Below, in pieces: positions 48,273 to 57,532 of a stretch of 64,000 bases of DNA. The translations under genes were made by a program, and so were the position numbers. The notes under the pieces were generated by a model. The model worked only from the letters and a program-made list of their open reading frames with translations, was not told the DNA's origin and did no database searches. Within the stretch, counting starts at the first letter, position 1, and every line of letters begins with the position of its first letter. The stretch is taken from assembly GCA_964522405.1 (NCBI GenBank), contig CAZFTR010000001.1:116686-180685 (forward strand), read 5' to 3'. This stretch comes from an uncultured Gammaproteobacteria bacterium. Lineage in GTDB: Bacteria > Patescibacteriota > Patescibacteriia > Magasanikbacterales > UBA922.

Positions 48273-49016
48273 ATGAGTGAAGAACAAACATTAACTTTGC
48301 TGATTCCGGTTTTCAATGGAGAAAACTATCTTAAAAAGACTTTTTTAGAACTTGAAGATTTTTTTGCTGATAAAAAATATTTAGATCAGATAATTTTTAT
48401 AGATGATGGCAGTAATGACAATAGTTTTGAATTGATTAGTAATTTCAAAGAAGTCTCTAATTTAAATATTAAAATTGCCAGAATAGAAACTAATTCAGGT
48501 AAGGGTGCTGCTCTGAAAAAAGGTATGACACTGGTAGGGGATTCAGATTTTGTTGGTTTTACAGATATTGAACTTCCTTTTGGTTTAGAAGTTTTAGACC
48601 AGATTCTAGATAAATTTGATAAAGATCTTGATACTAAATTGGTTTCTGGCAATAGAAAACTGGGTAGCAAAAAGCAATATTCATTTTATAGAAAATTTTA
48701 TACAGTTTGTTTTAGGGTATTTATTCCCAAGAAGTTAAGAAAAATTCCTGATACCCAATGTGGGTTAAAAGTATTTAGAGCTAGTGAAGCAAAAAAGATT
48801 TTTAGCAAAATTAAAACCAATAGATGGGTATTTGATCTGGAATTATTCTTAATTGCACTTGAAAATTCCTATAAAATAGATTTTGTTCCGGTAAGTATTA
48901 AATCTAGTTGTGTTGATGGAAAGGGTGGGGTTTCTTTTTTGCGTCATGGAGCCTTTATTATTTCAGATTTAAATAGAATACGTAAATATCAGAGAAATGG
49001 ATACTACAGTCTTTAA
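48273..49016 (+). CDS. Glycosyltransferase family 2 (polyprenyl-phosphate mannose/glucose synthase, DPM1/GtrB-like)
   Basis: LLIPVFNGENYL ... IIFIDDGSNDNS ... (DxD) GT-A motifs; 247 aa. Confidence 0.75.
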   Translation: MSEEQTLTLLIPVFNGENYLKKTFLELEDFFADKKYLDQIIFIDDGSNDNSFELISNFKEVSNLNIKIARIETNSGKGAALKKGMTLVGDSDFVGFTDIELPFGLEVLDQILDKFDKDLDTKLVSGNRKLGSKKQYSFYRKFYTVCFRVFIPKKLRKIPDTQCGLKVFRASEAKKIFSKIKTNRWVFDLELFLIALENSYKIDFVPVSIKSSCVDGKGGVSFLRHGAFIISDLNRIRKYQRNGYYSL

Positions 49017-50451
49017 GAAAATTATTAAAAATCAGTGGTTTACTGTCATTGCCTTGATCATTTTTAATTTTGCTATCTATAGTCATTTGATTGGACACTT
49101 TTTTTATTCAGATGATTTTGTTTGGCTTTATTATGGTGAGCTGATAAATGAGGATATTTTAAATACTTTTAAGCTTCATGTTACAAGCTTTTTTTCACCG
49201 GTTGTAAATGCTTATTTTGGATTTGGACAAGCAGTTTTTCCTTTTAATGCCAAAGCTTTTCATATCTTGGGAATTTTGATACATGCGGTAAATGTAGTTT
49301 TGGTATATTTTCTTGCTTTGAAAATTACTAAACATCGAATCGCTTCCCTCATTGCTGCGCTTTTCTTTTCTTTTGCTGAATATCATTATGAAGCTGTGAT
49401 CTGGATAAGTGCCATCATGCATGTTCTGGTAAGCTCCTTTGTTTTGTTAGGATTGTTAGCTTATACCAAATTTAGAGAATCAAAAAAATATACTTATATT
49501 CTTCTTTCAATCCTTGCCGGTTTACTTGCTTTTTTTGCAAAGGAAAATGGAATTGTCTTTGTTCCTCTGGTGGTTGGTCTATATTTATATTTTGAAGATC
49601 GTAGTTTTTGGAGGTTTAAAAACTGGAGACATCTTTTGCCGTATGCAGCATTGCTTTTGTTTGTGCTCGGGTATACTTATTTAAATCAGAGAAATTCCAT
49701 GTGGATTGAAAATGGAATTTACAATATTCATATTAAGGCTCTTTATCCTCTGCTTGCTTCTTTTTTTGCTTTGTTTGATATGGATTCTGCTAAATATCTT
49801 ATTGCCAGACCTAAGATTTTCCTGGCTAGTTTTCTTGCCTTATTATCATTTTTTGTTTTGGTTTTCAGAAAAAATCAAAAAGAGGCAAAATTGTTTTTGT
49901 TGGGTTGCTATATGGCATTAGTTAGTTTTACTCCTGTGATGTTTTTTTATTTTGGCACTTGGAGAGAGATAAGTCAGAATAGATACTCTTATTTGCCGGC
50001 CCTCGGAGCAGCTCTGGTTTTTTCAAGTTTTGCTCTGTTAATCAAGAAAAAATTTGGGTATAATAAGGTAGTTATTAGCTTAGCGCTTGTAGTTTTTTGT
50101 TTATATGGATTATTCCAAATATCAAGTTTTATAAAATTCTACAATGGTGAATACGATTATATTGATCAACAAATGAGGGGAATGGAAATGAGTTTTGATC
50201 TGTTGGAAGAAAAACTAACTGATCATAAAAACATAATTTTAACTGGTCATTATCCCTTTGGAGGTAATGAGTATTATCGTTACATGTATAGATATTTTAC
50301 TGATCCAAATATGAATAAGAGTGTTGATGATTGGAGTTCTATGATTGATTATCACCAGGCCATAGAAAAATTTGGTTCTGATCCAAAATATCTTTTGCTA
50401 GGATGGGATGACCTGGAAAAAGAAATTTACATAATACCTACCAAAGAATAA
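48997..50451 (+). CDS. GT-C fold membrane glycosyltransferase (PMT/ArnT/YfhO-like)
   Basis: First extracytoplasmic loop carries YSDDF (a DD/DE motif); about 11 TM helices and a large C-terminal soluble domain. Confidence 0.5.
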   Translation: MDTTVFKKIIKNQWFTVIALIIFNFAIYSHLIGHFFYSDDFVWLYYGELINEDILNTFKLHVTSFFSPVVNAYFGFGQAVFPFNAKAFHILGILIHAVNVVLVYFLALKITKHRIASLIAALFFSFAEYHYEAVIWISAIMHVLVSSFVLLGLLAYTKFRESKKYTYILLSILAGLLAFFAKENGIVFVPLVVGLYLYFEDRSFWRFKNWRHLLPYAALLLFVLGYTYLNQRNSMWIENGIYNIHIKALYPLLASFFALFDMDSAKYLIARPKIFLASFLALLSFFVLVFRKNQKEAKLFLLGCYMALVSFTPVMFFYFGTWREISQNRYSYLPALGAALVFSSFALLIKKKFGYNKVVISLALVVFCLYGLFQISSFIKFYNGEYDYIDQQMRGMEMSFDLLEEKLTDHKNIILTGHYPFGGNEYYRYMYRYFTDPNMNKSVDDWSSMIDYHQAIEKFGSDPKYLLLGWDDLEKEIYIIPTKE

Positions 50452-50452
50452 A

Positions 50453-51139
50453 ATGGATTTTAAAACAGAAAAATTTAATGGACCACTTGATCTGCTTTTA
50501 AGCTTGGTTCAAGAAAATGAGTTTAGTATCAATGATGTTGCTCTTTCAGAAGTAACAGAGCAGTATCTAGATTATGTAGATCAATTTTCAGAAATTGATG
50601 CAGATGAATTGTCTGATTTTTTGTTAGTAGCCAGCAGACTGCTTTATCTCAAGTCAAGAGCATTATTGCCACAGCTTATGCCAGAAGAAGAAGCAGGGCA
50701 AGATCTGGCTGATCAATTGAAATTATATAAAAAGTTTCTTGAGGCAAGCAAAAAAATTAATGATATTTGGCTTAATCCCAGTATGTCATTTTCTAGAATT
50801 GAGCCTGCTCGAATTCCTGAAATTCCAGAGATGCCCAAGAACTTAAAGAAAAAAGAACTTAAGCAGTCCATGTTAAATTTATTGCATCGTATAAAGCCGC
50901 CAAAACCAATCCCAAGAGCATATATAGATAAAGCAGTTAGTTTAAAAGAAACAATTACCAAAATGCGAAATTTTTTGAAAAATAGAAAGTCATTTAATTT
51001 TTCAGAAGTGCTCAGTAGTTCTGAAAATAAAACTGAATTAATTGTAGGCTTTCTAGCAGTTCTTGAATTGGTTAAACAGAAAACCGTCATGTTAAAGCAA
51101 GATGATATGTTTGGAGAAATTTTAATCGAACGTTTTTAG
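50453..51139 (+). CDS. scpA: Segregation and condensation protein A
   Basis: FNGPLDLLLSLVQENEFSINDVALSEVTEQYLDY N-terminal block. Confidence 0.8.
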   Translation: MDFKTEKFNGPLDLLLSLVQENEFSINDVALSEVTEQYLDYVDQFSEIDADELSDFLLVASRLLYLKSRALLPQLMPEEEAGQDLADQLKLYKKFLEASKKINDIWLNPSMSFSRIEPARIPEIPEMPKNLKKKELKQSMLNLLHRIKPPKPIPRAYIDKAVSLKETITKMRNFLKNRKSFNFSEVLSSSENKTELIVGFLAVLELVKQKTVMLKQDDMFGEILIERF

Positions 51140-51246
51140 CTAGCTAACAGTTTACAGTTGATAGTTTTCAGTTTAAAAAATGTTTTTTAAAATTTCCAAT
51201 TAATAACTGTAAACTGTTAACTGATTACTACTAACTAATAAAAAAT

Positions 51247-51792
51247 ATGAATCTAAAATCAAAAATCGAATCAATACTTTTCGTGGCTTCACGCCCGCTG
51301 ACAATCAAAAAAATTGCCAAAGAATTAAAAGAAAAAGAATCTGATATCCAAGATGTTATTGAGCAGATCAAGGAAAAATTTGATAATCCGGAATCTGGCA
51401 TACATTTGATAATTACTGGAGATCAAGTTCAGTTTTCAACAAATTCCGATAATGCAGAATTTGTAGAGAAGTTTATAAAAAGTGAGTTAATGGGGGAGTT
51501 GACCAGAGCTCAATTGGAAACACTTACTGTTATTGCTTATCAAGAACCAATTACTAGACCTGAAATTGAACAAATCAGAGGTGTTAATTGTGCTGTGATT
51601 TTGCGAAATCTTATGCAGAGAGGTTTGTTGGGTGAAGAAGGATCAGAAGCGCTTATGCCGGTTTATAGATTGTCTGTTAAGGCTCTGCAACATCTTGGGG
51701 TCAGTTCTCCGCAGGAGTTGCCAGATCATGGGGAGCTACATGGTCATGATTATCTAGAGGTGAGGAAAGCTGGAATAGGAGATCAAGAATAA
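51247..51792 (+). CDS. scpB: Segregation and condensation protein B
   Basis: IESILFVASRPLTIKKIAKEL ... TLTVIAYQEPITRPEIEQIRGV (tandem winged helix). Confidence 0.8.
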   Translation: MNLKSKIESILFVASRPLTIKKIAKELKEKESDIQDVIEQIKEKFDNPESGIHLIITGDQVQFSTNSDNAEFVEKFIKSELMGELTRAQLETLTVIAYQEPITRPEIEQIRGVNCAVILRNLMQRGLLGEEGSEALMPVYRLSVKALQHLGVSSPQELPDHGELHGHDYLEVRKAGIGDQE

Positions 51793-52830
51793 TTGGTTTA
51801 TAAAACTTTGATAAATATGTACGATGGTAATTTTATTATAGAAGTGAGGAACAATGAAAATAGAGTCAGAAATTGGATTTTTGGATTTTTGGTTGTTGCA
51901 GGAGCAGTTTTCTTTTTTGGTAAAGATCAGATTTTATTGAATTTAAATTCTTTTGAAGTCAAATTGACCAAGGCCGGTTCTGTTGATTCTGAACAGACGC
52001 AGGGTGGAGATATAAATTTTGATAATTTTGAGCCGGCTGTCACTGCTCCTCAGAAGCTCGGTAATCAGGAATTGGATAAGTCTATTTTTACAGCAAATAA
52101 AATTTTAGTTAAGGATACAGAGAGTGGGGCAGTGCTTTTTTCCAAAGACGAATATGAGTATCATTCTCTTGCTAGTATTACCAAATTGATGAGCGCACTG
52201 GTACTTATGGATCAGGGAATAGCTTGGAATTCTACTACAACTGCAACTGGAAGTGGGCTTTTTGATACTATTATCCAAAAAGATTTTGATTATCTAATTG
52301 AAGATCTTTGGAATGCTGGCTTAATAGCTTCTTCAAATAGATCAATTATCACCTTGGTTGATGCCAGTGGTTTATCAGAAGAGCAGTTTGTAGAAAAAAT
52401 GAATCAAAAAGCTCGGGAGCTAGGCATGATGGACACGGTTTTTATTGACCCAACCGGATTAGCTATTAATAATATTTCAACAGCTTCGGACATAATCCTA
52501 CTTTTGAATGAAGCGCTAAGAAATGATACAATAAATAAAACACTATTAAGAAACGAATACCATCTTGCTACAGTAGATGGAGAGCATGATCGACAAATGT
52601 GGAATACTAATTGGTTACTGCTTGGTTGGATTCCGCATGGTTTTGAGGCTTTGCAGGCTGGCAAAACCGGTTTTATACCAGAGTCTGGTTATAATTTTGT
52701 CACCAAAGTTGCAGATCAATTTGGAAATCAAATAGATATTGTAATTTTGGGCGCCATTGATCATGAATTGCGTTTTTCTGAGGCAAGAGATATCGCTGAA
52801 TGGGTTTTTAAGAATTATTCATGGCAATAA
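51793..52830 (+). CDS. Serine-type D-Ala-D-Ala carboxypeptidase (peptidase S11, low-MW PBP)
   Basis: SITK (SxxK), SSN (SxN) and KTG motifs in the correct order; N-terminal TM anchor. Confidence 0.75.
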   Translation: MVYKTLINMYDGNFIIEVRNNENRVRNWIFGFLVVAGAVFFFGKDQILLNLNSFEVKLTKAGSVDSEQTQGGDINFDNFEPAVTAPQKLGNQELDKSIFTANKILVKDTESGAVLFSKDEYEYHSLASITKLMSALVLMDQGIAWNSTTTATGSGLFDTIIQKDFDYLIEDLWNAGLIASSNRSIITLVDASGLSEEQFVEKMNQKARELGMMDTVFIDPTGLAINNISTASDIILLLNEALRNDTINKTLLRNEYHLATVDGEHDRQMWNTNWLLLGWIPHGFEALQAGKTGFIPESGYNFVTKVADQFGNQIDIVILGAIDHELRFSEARDIAEWVFKNYSWQ

Positions 52831-52840
52831 GCAAATTAAT

Positions 52841-53341
52841 ATGAGTTTAAATCCAGTAGATTGGTTTGTAAATCTCCCACCAGAATGGGCAACCTTTTTT
52901 ATTTCTATGATTCCGATTACCGAGTTGAGGGCTTCTATCCCAATCGGTATAGAAGTTTATCATTTGCCGATAATTAAAGTCTGGCTTATAGCTGTGGCAG
53001 GAGATTTTATACCAGCAATTTTTATTTTATTCCTTTTGCCCCATGTTCATGATTGGATGGTTAAGACCAAATTTTTGGGACATCATCTTACTCGAGAGTT
53101 AAAAAAAGCAGAGAAAAAATTCTCTGGCAAATATGCCAAATACGGCGCTATTGCCTTGATAGTTTTTGTGGGAATTCCTTTGCCATTTACAGGTTCTTGG
53201 ACTGGATCTTTTGCCTCTTTTGTATTCAATATTCCTTTCAAGAAATCCGCGCCATTAATATTTGCCGGAGTTTGCATGGCAGCAACTCTAGTAACTTTGA
53301 TTACAATTTTTGCTGGGAATGGGCTTAGGTGGTTGTTGTAG
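52841..53341 (+). CDS. Small polytopic membrane protein (COG2426-like)
   Basis: Four predicted TM helices. The likely start is the ATG at 52841 (MSLNPVDW...), not the upstream ATG that overlaps the preceding gene. Confidence 0.45.
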   Translation: MSLNPVDWFVNLPPEWATFFISMIPITELRASIPIGIEVYHLPIIKVWLIAVAGDFIPAIFILFLLPHVHDWMVKTKFLGHHLTRELKKAEKKFSGKYAKYGAIALIVFVGIPLPFTGSWTGSFASFVFNIPFKKSAPLIFAGVCMAATLVTLITIFAGNGLRWLL

Positions 53342-54300
53342 GTATGGATGAGTACCAAGATAAAAAAATTTTTGTAACTTCTTATAAAAATCCTGATTTA
53401 GATGGTTTTGGTTCTGCATATGCTTATGCAGAATTTTTAAATTTACAAGGAATTGATGCTGTTCATGGAGTTTTTGGAACTCCTAGAAATGAAGTCGGAT
53501 TTGTTTTGAAAGAATTTGATATTAAATATGATCAAAAATCAGAGAATCTACTAGGAGACTATCCAGAAGTGGTTTTGGCTGATGCCAGTTCATTGCCGGG
53601 GTTGCCTTCGCAAATTAATCCCAAGAGTGTGGTGGAAATCATTGATCACAGAAAAGTACATGAGGCAGAAAATTTTCCAAATGCAAAGGCACAATTAGAG
53701 TTGGTAGGAGCTGCTGCTACACTTATTGCTGAGAAATTTTACCATGCAGGTATAGAGCCATCAAAAGAATCTGCAGTCTTATTATTTTTTGGTATTGTTT
53801 CAAATACTATTAATTTTAAAAACAATGTAACCACAGATCGAGATAGGAAGATAGGAGAGTGGTTAAAAGTTTTTTTTGAATTCAAAGAAGGTCAAATAGA
53901 TAGATTTTTTGAGAGTAAAGTAAAAATATCTGACTCAGTTGAGAAGAGTTTGGATTATAAAATCATAAGCTATGCTGTACCCTTTGATTTTGGAGGCAAT
54001 AGTATTGGTATAGCACAGCTTGAAATGGTTGATGTTGAAAATTTTATAAATTCAAATTTGGATGAAATTGAAAAAAGATTAGAGGAATTAAAAAAAGATC
54101 GTGATATAGATCTAGTATTTTTAACTTGTGTTGATCTTAAGGAATATTTTAATTTGTATGTTTGTTTTGAAGAAAAAATGAAAACCATTTTGTCTACTAC
54201 TCTTGGTTTGGAATTCACTGGGGCTCTAGCAAAAAAAGATGGAATTTTAATGAGAAAGGAAATTGCTCCAATTCTAAAAGAGTATTTAGAAAAAAATTAA
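53329..54300 (+). CDS. DHH-family phosphoesterase (NrnA-like)
   Basis: N-terminal DHH motifs (KIFVTSYKNPDLDGFGSAYAY ... LADAS ... IIDHRKVHE) and a C-terminal DHHA1-like region. Confidence 0.7.
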   Translation: MVVVGMDEYQDKKIFVTSYKNPDLDGFGSAYAYAEFLNLQGIDAVHGVFGTPRNEVGFVLKEFDIKYDQKSENLLGDYPEVVLADASSLPGLPSQINPKSVVEIIDHRKVHEAENFPNAKAQLELVGAAATLIAEKFYHAGIEPSKESAVLLFFGIVSNTINFKNNVTTDRDRKIGEWLKVFFEFKEGQIDRFFESKVKISDSVEKSLDYKIISYAVPFDFGGNSIGIAQLEMVDVENFINSNLDEIEKRLEELKKDRDIDLVFLTCVDLKEYFNLYVCFEEKMKTILSTTLGLEFTGALAKKDGILMRKEIAPILKEYLEKN

Positions 54301-55265
54301 TAAACTTCCAGCAAAACAATCTCTGGAAGATTAAACAGTCTCGCTCTTGCTCCACTTTCTCCAACTCCACTAGTGACAAAAACTTTTAGACTGTCATGTT
54401 CATACCAACCTTTGTACCATTTATCTGGTATTACGCCATCAACTTTTCCAATTGGTCCAAGAAATGGAAGTCTAATTTGCCCGCCATGAGTATGGCCAGC
54501 AAGCATTAAATCAATACCGTGCTTAGAGGCTTCCCAGGTTGCAGCAGGATTGTGAACCAGTCCTATTACGGCTGTTTCTTTTTGTAGATTTTCAAGGACA
54601 GAAAAATCAGTATTTCCTGACCACCAAGCATCTGATCCATAGAGAAAGAATTCCTGGTCTTGTACTTGGATTTCTTCTAATTCATTTACTAAATAGCGTA
54701 CCCCAAGCTCTTCCATAGCTTTTTTGGTTTTTTGGCTGTTGTCCGGATAACGAGCAGATTTATCATTGATAGATCCAGGGCCCCAAATACCATATTCATG
54801 ATTTCCATGTACTGCATAAACCGGAATTTTTTTTGCCAGCTCTTCGAGAGGTTTAAGATACTTTGTTTCATCTGTTTGTTGATCATATAAATTGTTATCA
54901 ATTTGATCTCCAGCTATTAAAACCAGATCAGGATCTGATTTAAGAATTTTCCTGACAGTCCTTTCTACAAATTGATCTTTTTTGTAAGGTCCGACCTGAT
55001 AATCTGCAACCAAAGCTATTATAACTGGTTTTTCAATGTACTCGAGGTCAATTTTTTCTTTTTTTACAATTATAATTTTTGGTTCTATAAAACTTCCCCA
55101 AACTAGAGTGATAGTTCCAATCAAGAAAAAGCTTGCCATCAGATGAAGAAGCTTTTTTTGATTTTTTGATTTTCTAGCAACCAAAAACAAAATCATGGCT
55201 GGCAAGGCAGTCATGATTATTCCGAGAGCTATGATTAGGTCAAATTGGCTATGAGAGAAGTTCAT
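54297..55265 (-). CDS. Membrane-anchored metallophosphoesterase (calcineurin-like)
   Basis: N-terminal TM helices; GDQIDN, GNHEY and GHTHGGQ metallophosphatase motifs. Confidence 0.8.
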   Translation of the reverse strand: MNFSHSQFDLIIALGIIMTALPAMILFLVARKSKNQKKLLHLMASFFLIGTITLVWGSFIEPKIIIVKKEKIDLEYIEKPVIIALVADYQVGPYKKDQFVERTVRKILKSDPDLVLIAGDQIDNNLYDQQTDETKYLKPLEELAKKIPVYAVHGNHEYGIWGPGSINDKSARYPDNSQKTKKAMEELGVRYLVNELEEIQVQDQEFFLYGSDAWWSGNTDFSVLENLQKETAVIGLVHNPAATWEASKHGIDLMLAGHTHGGQIRLPFLGPIGKVDGVIPDKWYKGWYEHDSLKVFVTSGVGESGARARLFNLPEIVLLEVY

Positions 55266-55419
55266 GATATTTTTTAAGTTTTTGTAATTATATTTGAAAT
55301 TTTATGTTTCGTCAAAGGGGTTGTTTTTTTATCTTTTTTATGTTAATATTTTTTTGCATGAAAGAGAACGTTAGCGTTTCTCAGAGGACCATAACCGGCT
55401 AAAGAGAGCTAAGACGGAT

Positions 55420-55600
55420 TTTTTTCAGCATCATGCTGGGGGAGGTCACTTGTGACCATGATTTTCGACGCAAAGCGTGGGTCGAAGAAATAAGGGTTGC
55501 GCCGACCAGAACCGGAACAAGGGGGAACGGGGGTTGCCACCGGATATGAAATCTCGACTTGCAAAAGTCGTAGACGAACAACCGAGTGGTCACCCCCAAG
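55420..55600 (-). ncRNA. Candidate structured GC-rich ncRNA or cis-regulatory leader (unclassified)
   Basis: About 180 nt, GC-rich within an AT-rich locus. The minus-strand RNA begins GGGGGUGACCACUCGG and folds back on CCGGUGGCAACCCCC. Further hairpins are UUCGACCCACGC..GCGUCGAA, GGUCACAAGUGACC and CAGCAUGAUGCUG. There is no credible ORF. It lies between the tRNA-Leu terminator and the phosphoesterase promoter region. Confidence 0.4.
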
Positions 55601-55602
55601 AC

Positions 55603-55630
55603 CCAATAAAATAAAACCGCATAAAGCGGT
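55603..55630. terminator. Hairpin terminator (AAAACCGCATAAAGCGGTTTT) downstream of tRNA-Leu(CAA)
   Basis: Perfect stem with flanking A/T runs. Confidence 0.6.
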
Positions 55631-55638
55631 TTTATTAG

Positions 55639-55720
55639 TGCCGAAGAAGGGAATCGAACCCTTACTCCCGAAGGAACACGATTTTGAGTCGTGCGCGTCT
55701 ACCAGTTCCGCCACTTCGGC
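55639..55720 (-). tRNA. tRNA-Leu (anticodon CAA), type II
   Basis: Acceptor GCCGAAG/CTTCGGC, anticodon stem CACGA/TCGTG with loop CTCAAAA, long variable arm, T arm AGGG-TTCGATT-CCCT. Confidence 0.8.
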
Positions 55721-55799
55721 ATATCTGAAATATTTGCTTAGTAGAGCATATTATATTCTATATTGTTGATTTTGTCAATTTGCGATATAATATAGATAT

Positions 55800-56564
55800 A
55801 TGTCGCGAATTATATCTATTGTTAATCAGAAGGGTGGAGTAGGAAAGACAACTTCAGCAGTAAACATAGCAGCAGCCCTCGCAGAGATGGGCAAATTTGT
55901 TTTATTAGTAGACATGGATCCGCAGGGCAATGCTACTAGCGGTCTAGGATTGGATAGAAAGACAGATCTGTTGGGAATTTATCAGGCTTTGTCAGGCCAG
56001 AATAGGCTTCATGATACTATTTACAACACTCCTCATGAAGGTCTGCGAATTTCTCCGGCAACACAAGACTTGGCAGGCGCAAATGTTGAACTTGTGAGTG
56101 TTGAGAATCGTGAGCATCAGTTGTCGGGTATTTTACAAGAAGCCAGACATGCCTATGATTATATTATCATAGATTGTCCGCCTTCTCTAGGTCTTCTTAC
56201 GATAAATGGCTTAGTTGCTGCAGATGAATTGCTTATTCCGGTTCAGGCTGAGTATTATGCGCTTGAGGGGCTAGGACAGCTTCTTGAAACAGTTAATTTG
56301 GTCAAAACCCATGTTAAGCCGGATTTATCAGTGCTGGGCGCAGTTATCACTATGTTTGATAAGCGTACCAAACTTTCAGAAGAGGTTATGCATCAGCTTT
56401 ATCAATATTTTCCAGATACGATCTTTCGCTCAGTAATTCCAAGAACTGTTCGTTTGGCTGAAGCACCAAGTTTTGGACAATCAATTTTTCATTATGATCC
56501 TCGCAGCAAGGGAGCTCGAGCTTATGAGAAACTTGCTCGAGAAATTTTAGATAAATATAATTAA
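55800..56564 (+). CDS. parA: ParA/Soj chromosome partitioning ATPase
   Basis: Deviant Walker A KGGVGKTT; 254 aa. Confidence 0.88.
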   Translation: MSRIISIVNQKGGVGKTTSAVNIAAALAEMGKFVLLVDMDPQGNATSGLGLDRKTDLLGIYQALSGQNRLHDTIYNTPHEGLRISPATQDLAGANVELVSVENREHQLSGILQEARHAYDYIIIDCPPSLGLLTINGLVAADELLIPVQAEYYALEGLGQLLETVNLVKTHVKPDLSVLGAVITMFDKRTKLSEEVMHQLYQYFPDTIFRSVIPRTVRLAEAPSFGQSIFHYDPRSKGARAYEKLAREILDKYN

Positions 56565-56581
56565 AAGATAATTTTACCACT

Positions 56582-57442
56582 ATGGCTCTAGGAAAAGGCC
56601 TAAATTCTCTTATTCCCAGCAAATCCGGGAAATCAAGAAAAATAACCAGAAAAGAGACTGGAACTCCATCAAAGGATCGACTTTGGCATATTCCAATTTC
56701 AGAAATTTCTCCGAATTCAGAACAGCCTCGTAAGCATTTTTCTCATGCTGAACTTGAAAATTTGGTTACTTCCATAAAGGCTCATGGTATTTTGCAGCCA
56801 ATCACTGTTACTGAAAAAGACGATGGCGGTTATGAGCTGATAGCTGGTGAGAGAAGATTTAGGGCTTCGCAGATTGCCGGGCTGGCAACTGTTCCGGCAT
56901 TGGTGCGAGTTGCCACAGAACAAGAAAAATTAGAACTTGCTCTTATTGAGAATATTCAGCGTGAAAATCTTAATCCAATTGAAGAAGCTTTTGCATATTC
57001 CAGGTTAATTGAAGAGTTTGGTTTGACTCAACAGCAGGTTGCAGAGCAAGTAGGGAAGAGTAGACCGGTAATTACCAATACTATCAGACTTTTAAATTTG
57101 CCTGATGTTATTCAGAAAGCCTTGATGGATGGAAAGCTCAGCGCAGGAAAAGCTCGAGCATTGCTTAGTTTAAAAGATGAAAAAGAGCAGATTGAAATGT
57201 TTGAAAGTATGCAGGGCGAAAGGATGAGTGTGCGTGATGTTGAGTCAGCAGTTGAGAGAAAGGGTAGTAAATCTAGAAAAGGTTCTGTTAGAAGAGATCC
57301 AAATATTCTAGCTCAAGAAGAAATCCTTGAGGAAAGATTAGGCTCAAAAGTAAGAATTCTTATTCGGGGTGATCATGGAAAAATTGAAATTAGTTTTCAT
57401 TCCCGTGATGAACTTAAGCGACTGCTTGAAGAGCTTTCCTAA
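56582..57442 (+). CDS. parB: ParB/Spo0J partition protein
   Basis: ParB N-terminal box (GERRFRASQIAGL), HTH region, C-terminal dimerisation domain. Confidence 0.85.
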   Translation: MALGKGLNSLIPSKSGKSRKITRKETGTPSKDRLWHIPISEISPNSEQPRKHFSHAELENLVTSIKAHGILQPITVTEKDDGGYELIAGERRFRASQIAGLATVPALVRVATEQEKLELALIENIQRENLNPIEEAFAYSRLIEEFGLTQQQVAEQVGKSRPVITNTIRLLNLPDVIQKALMDGKLSAGKARALLSLKDEKEQIEMFESMQGERMSVRDVESAVERKGSKSRKGSVRRDPNILAQEEILEERLGSKVRILIRGDHGKIEISFHSRDELKRLLEELS

Positions 57443-57532
57443 ATTTAACCACCCCTTGTTCCCCTCCCTGAAAAAGGGGGGCCATGCCACGTCAGTCGCG
57501 ACTGACGTGGTTAGAGGGTGGTTCACCTTAGA
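57443..57532. terminator. Nested palindromic structure between convergent parB and rel (inner CCACGTCAGTCGCGACTGACGTGG; outer AACCACCC/GGGTGGTT)
   Basis: Perfect 12-bp inner inverted repeat with an 8-bp outer pairing. GC-rich. Confidence 0.5.

Noticed and set aside
55420-55600. tmRNA or tag-peptide hypothesis for the GC-rich structured segment (it starts GGGGGUGAC…)
   Set aside because: The 3' end does not form a tRNA-like T-arm (the hairpin has a 2-nt loop), and no internal frame encodes a plausible degradation tag. It is kept only as an unclassified candidate ncRNA.
55800-57532. Canonical parS site (TGTTNCACGTGNAACA) near parAB
   Set aside because: It was searched by eye in and around parAB and not found. 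Only the non-canonical palindrome at 57443-57532 was seen.
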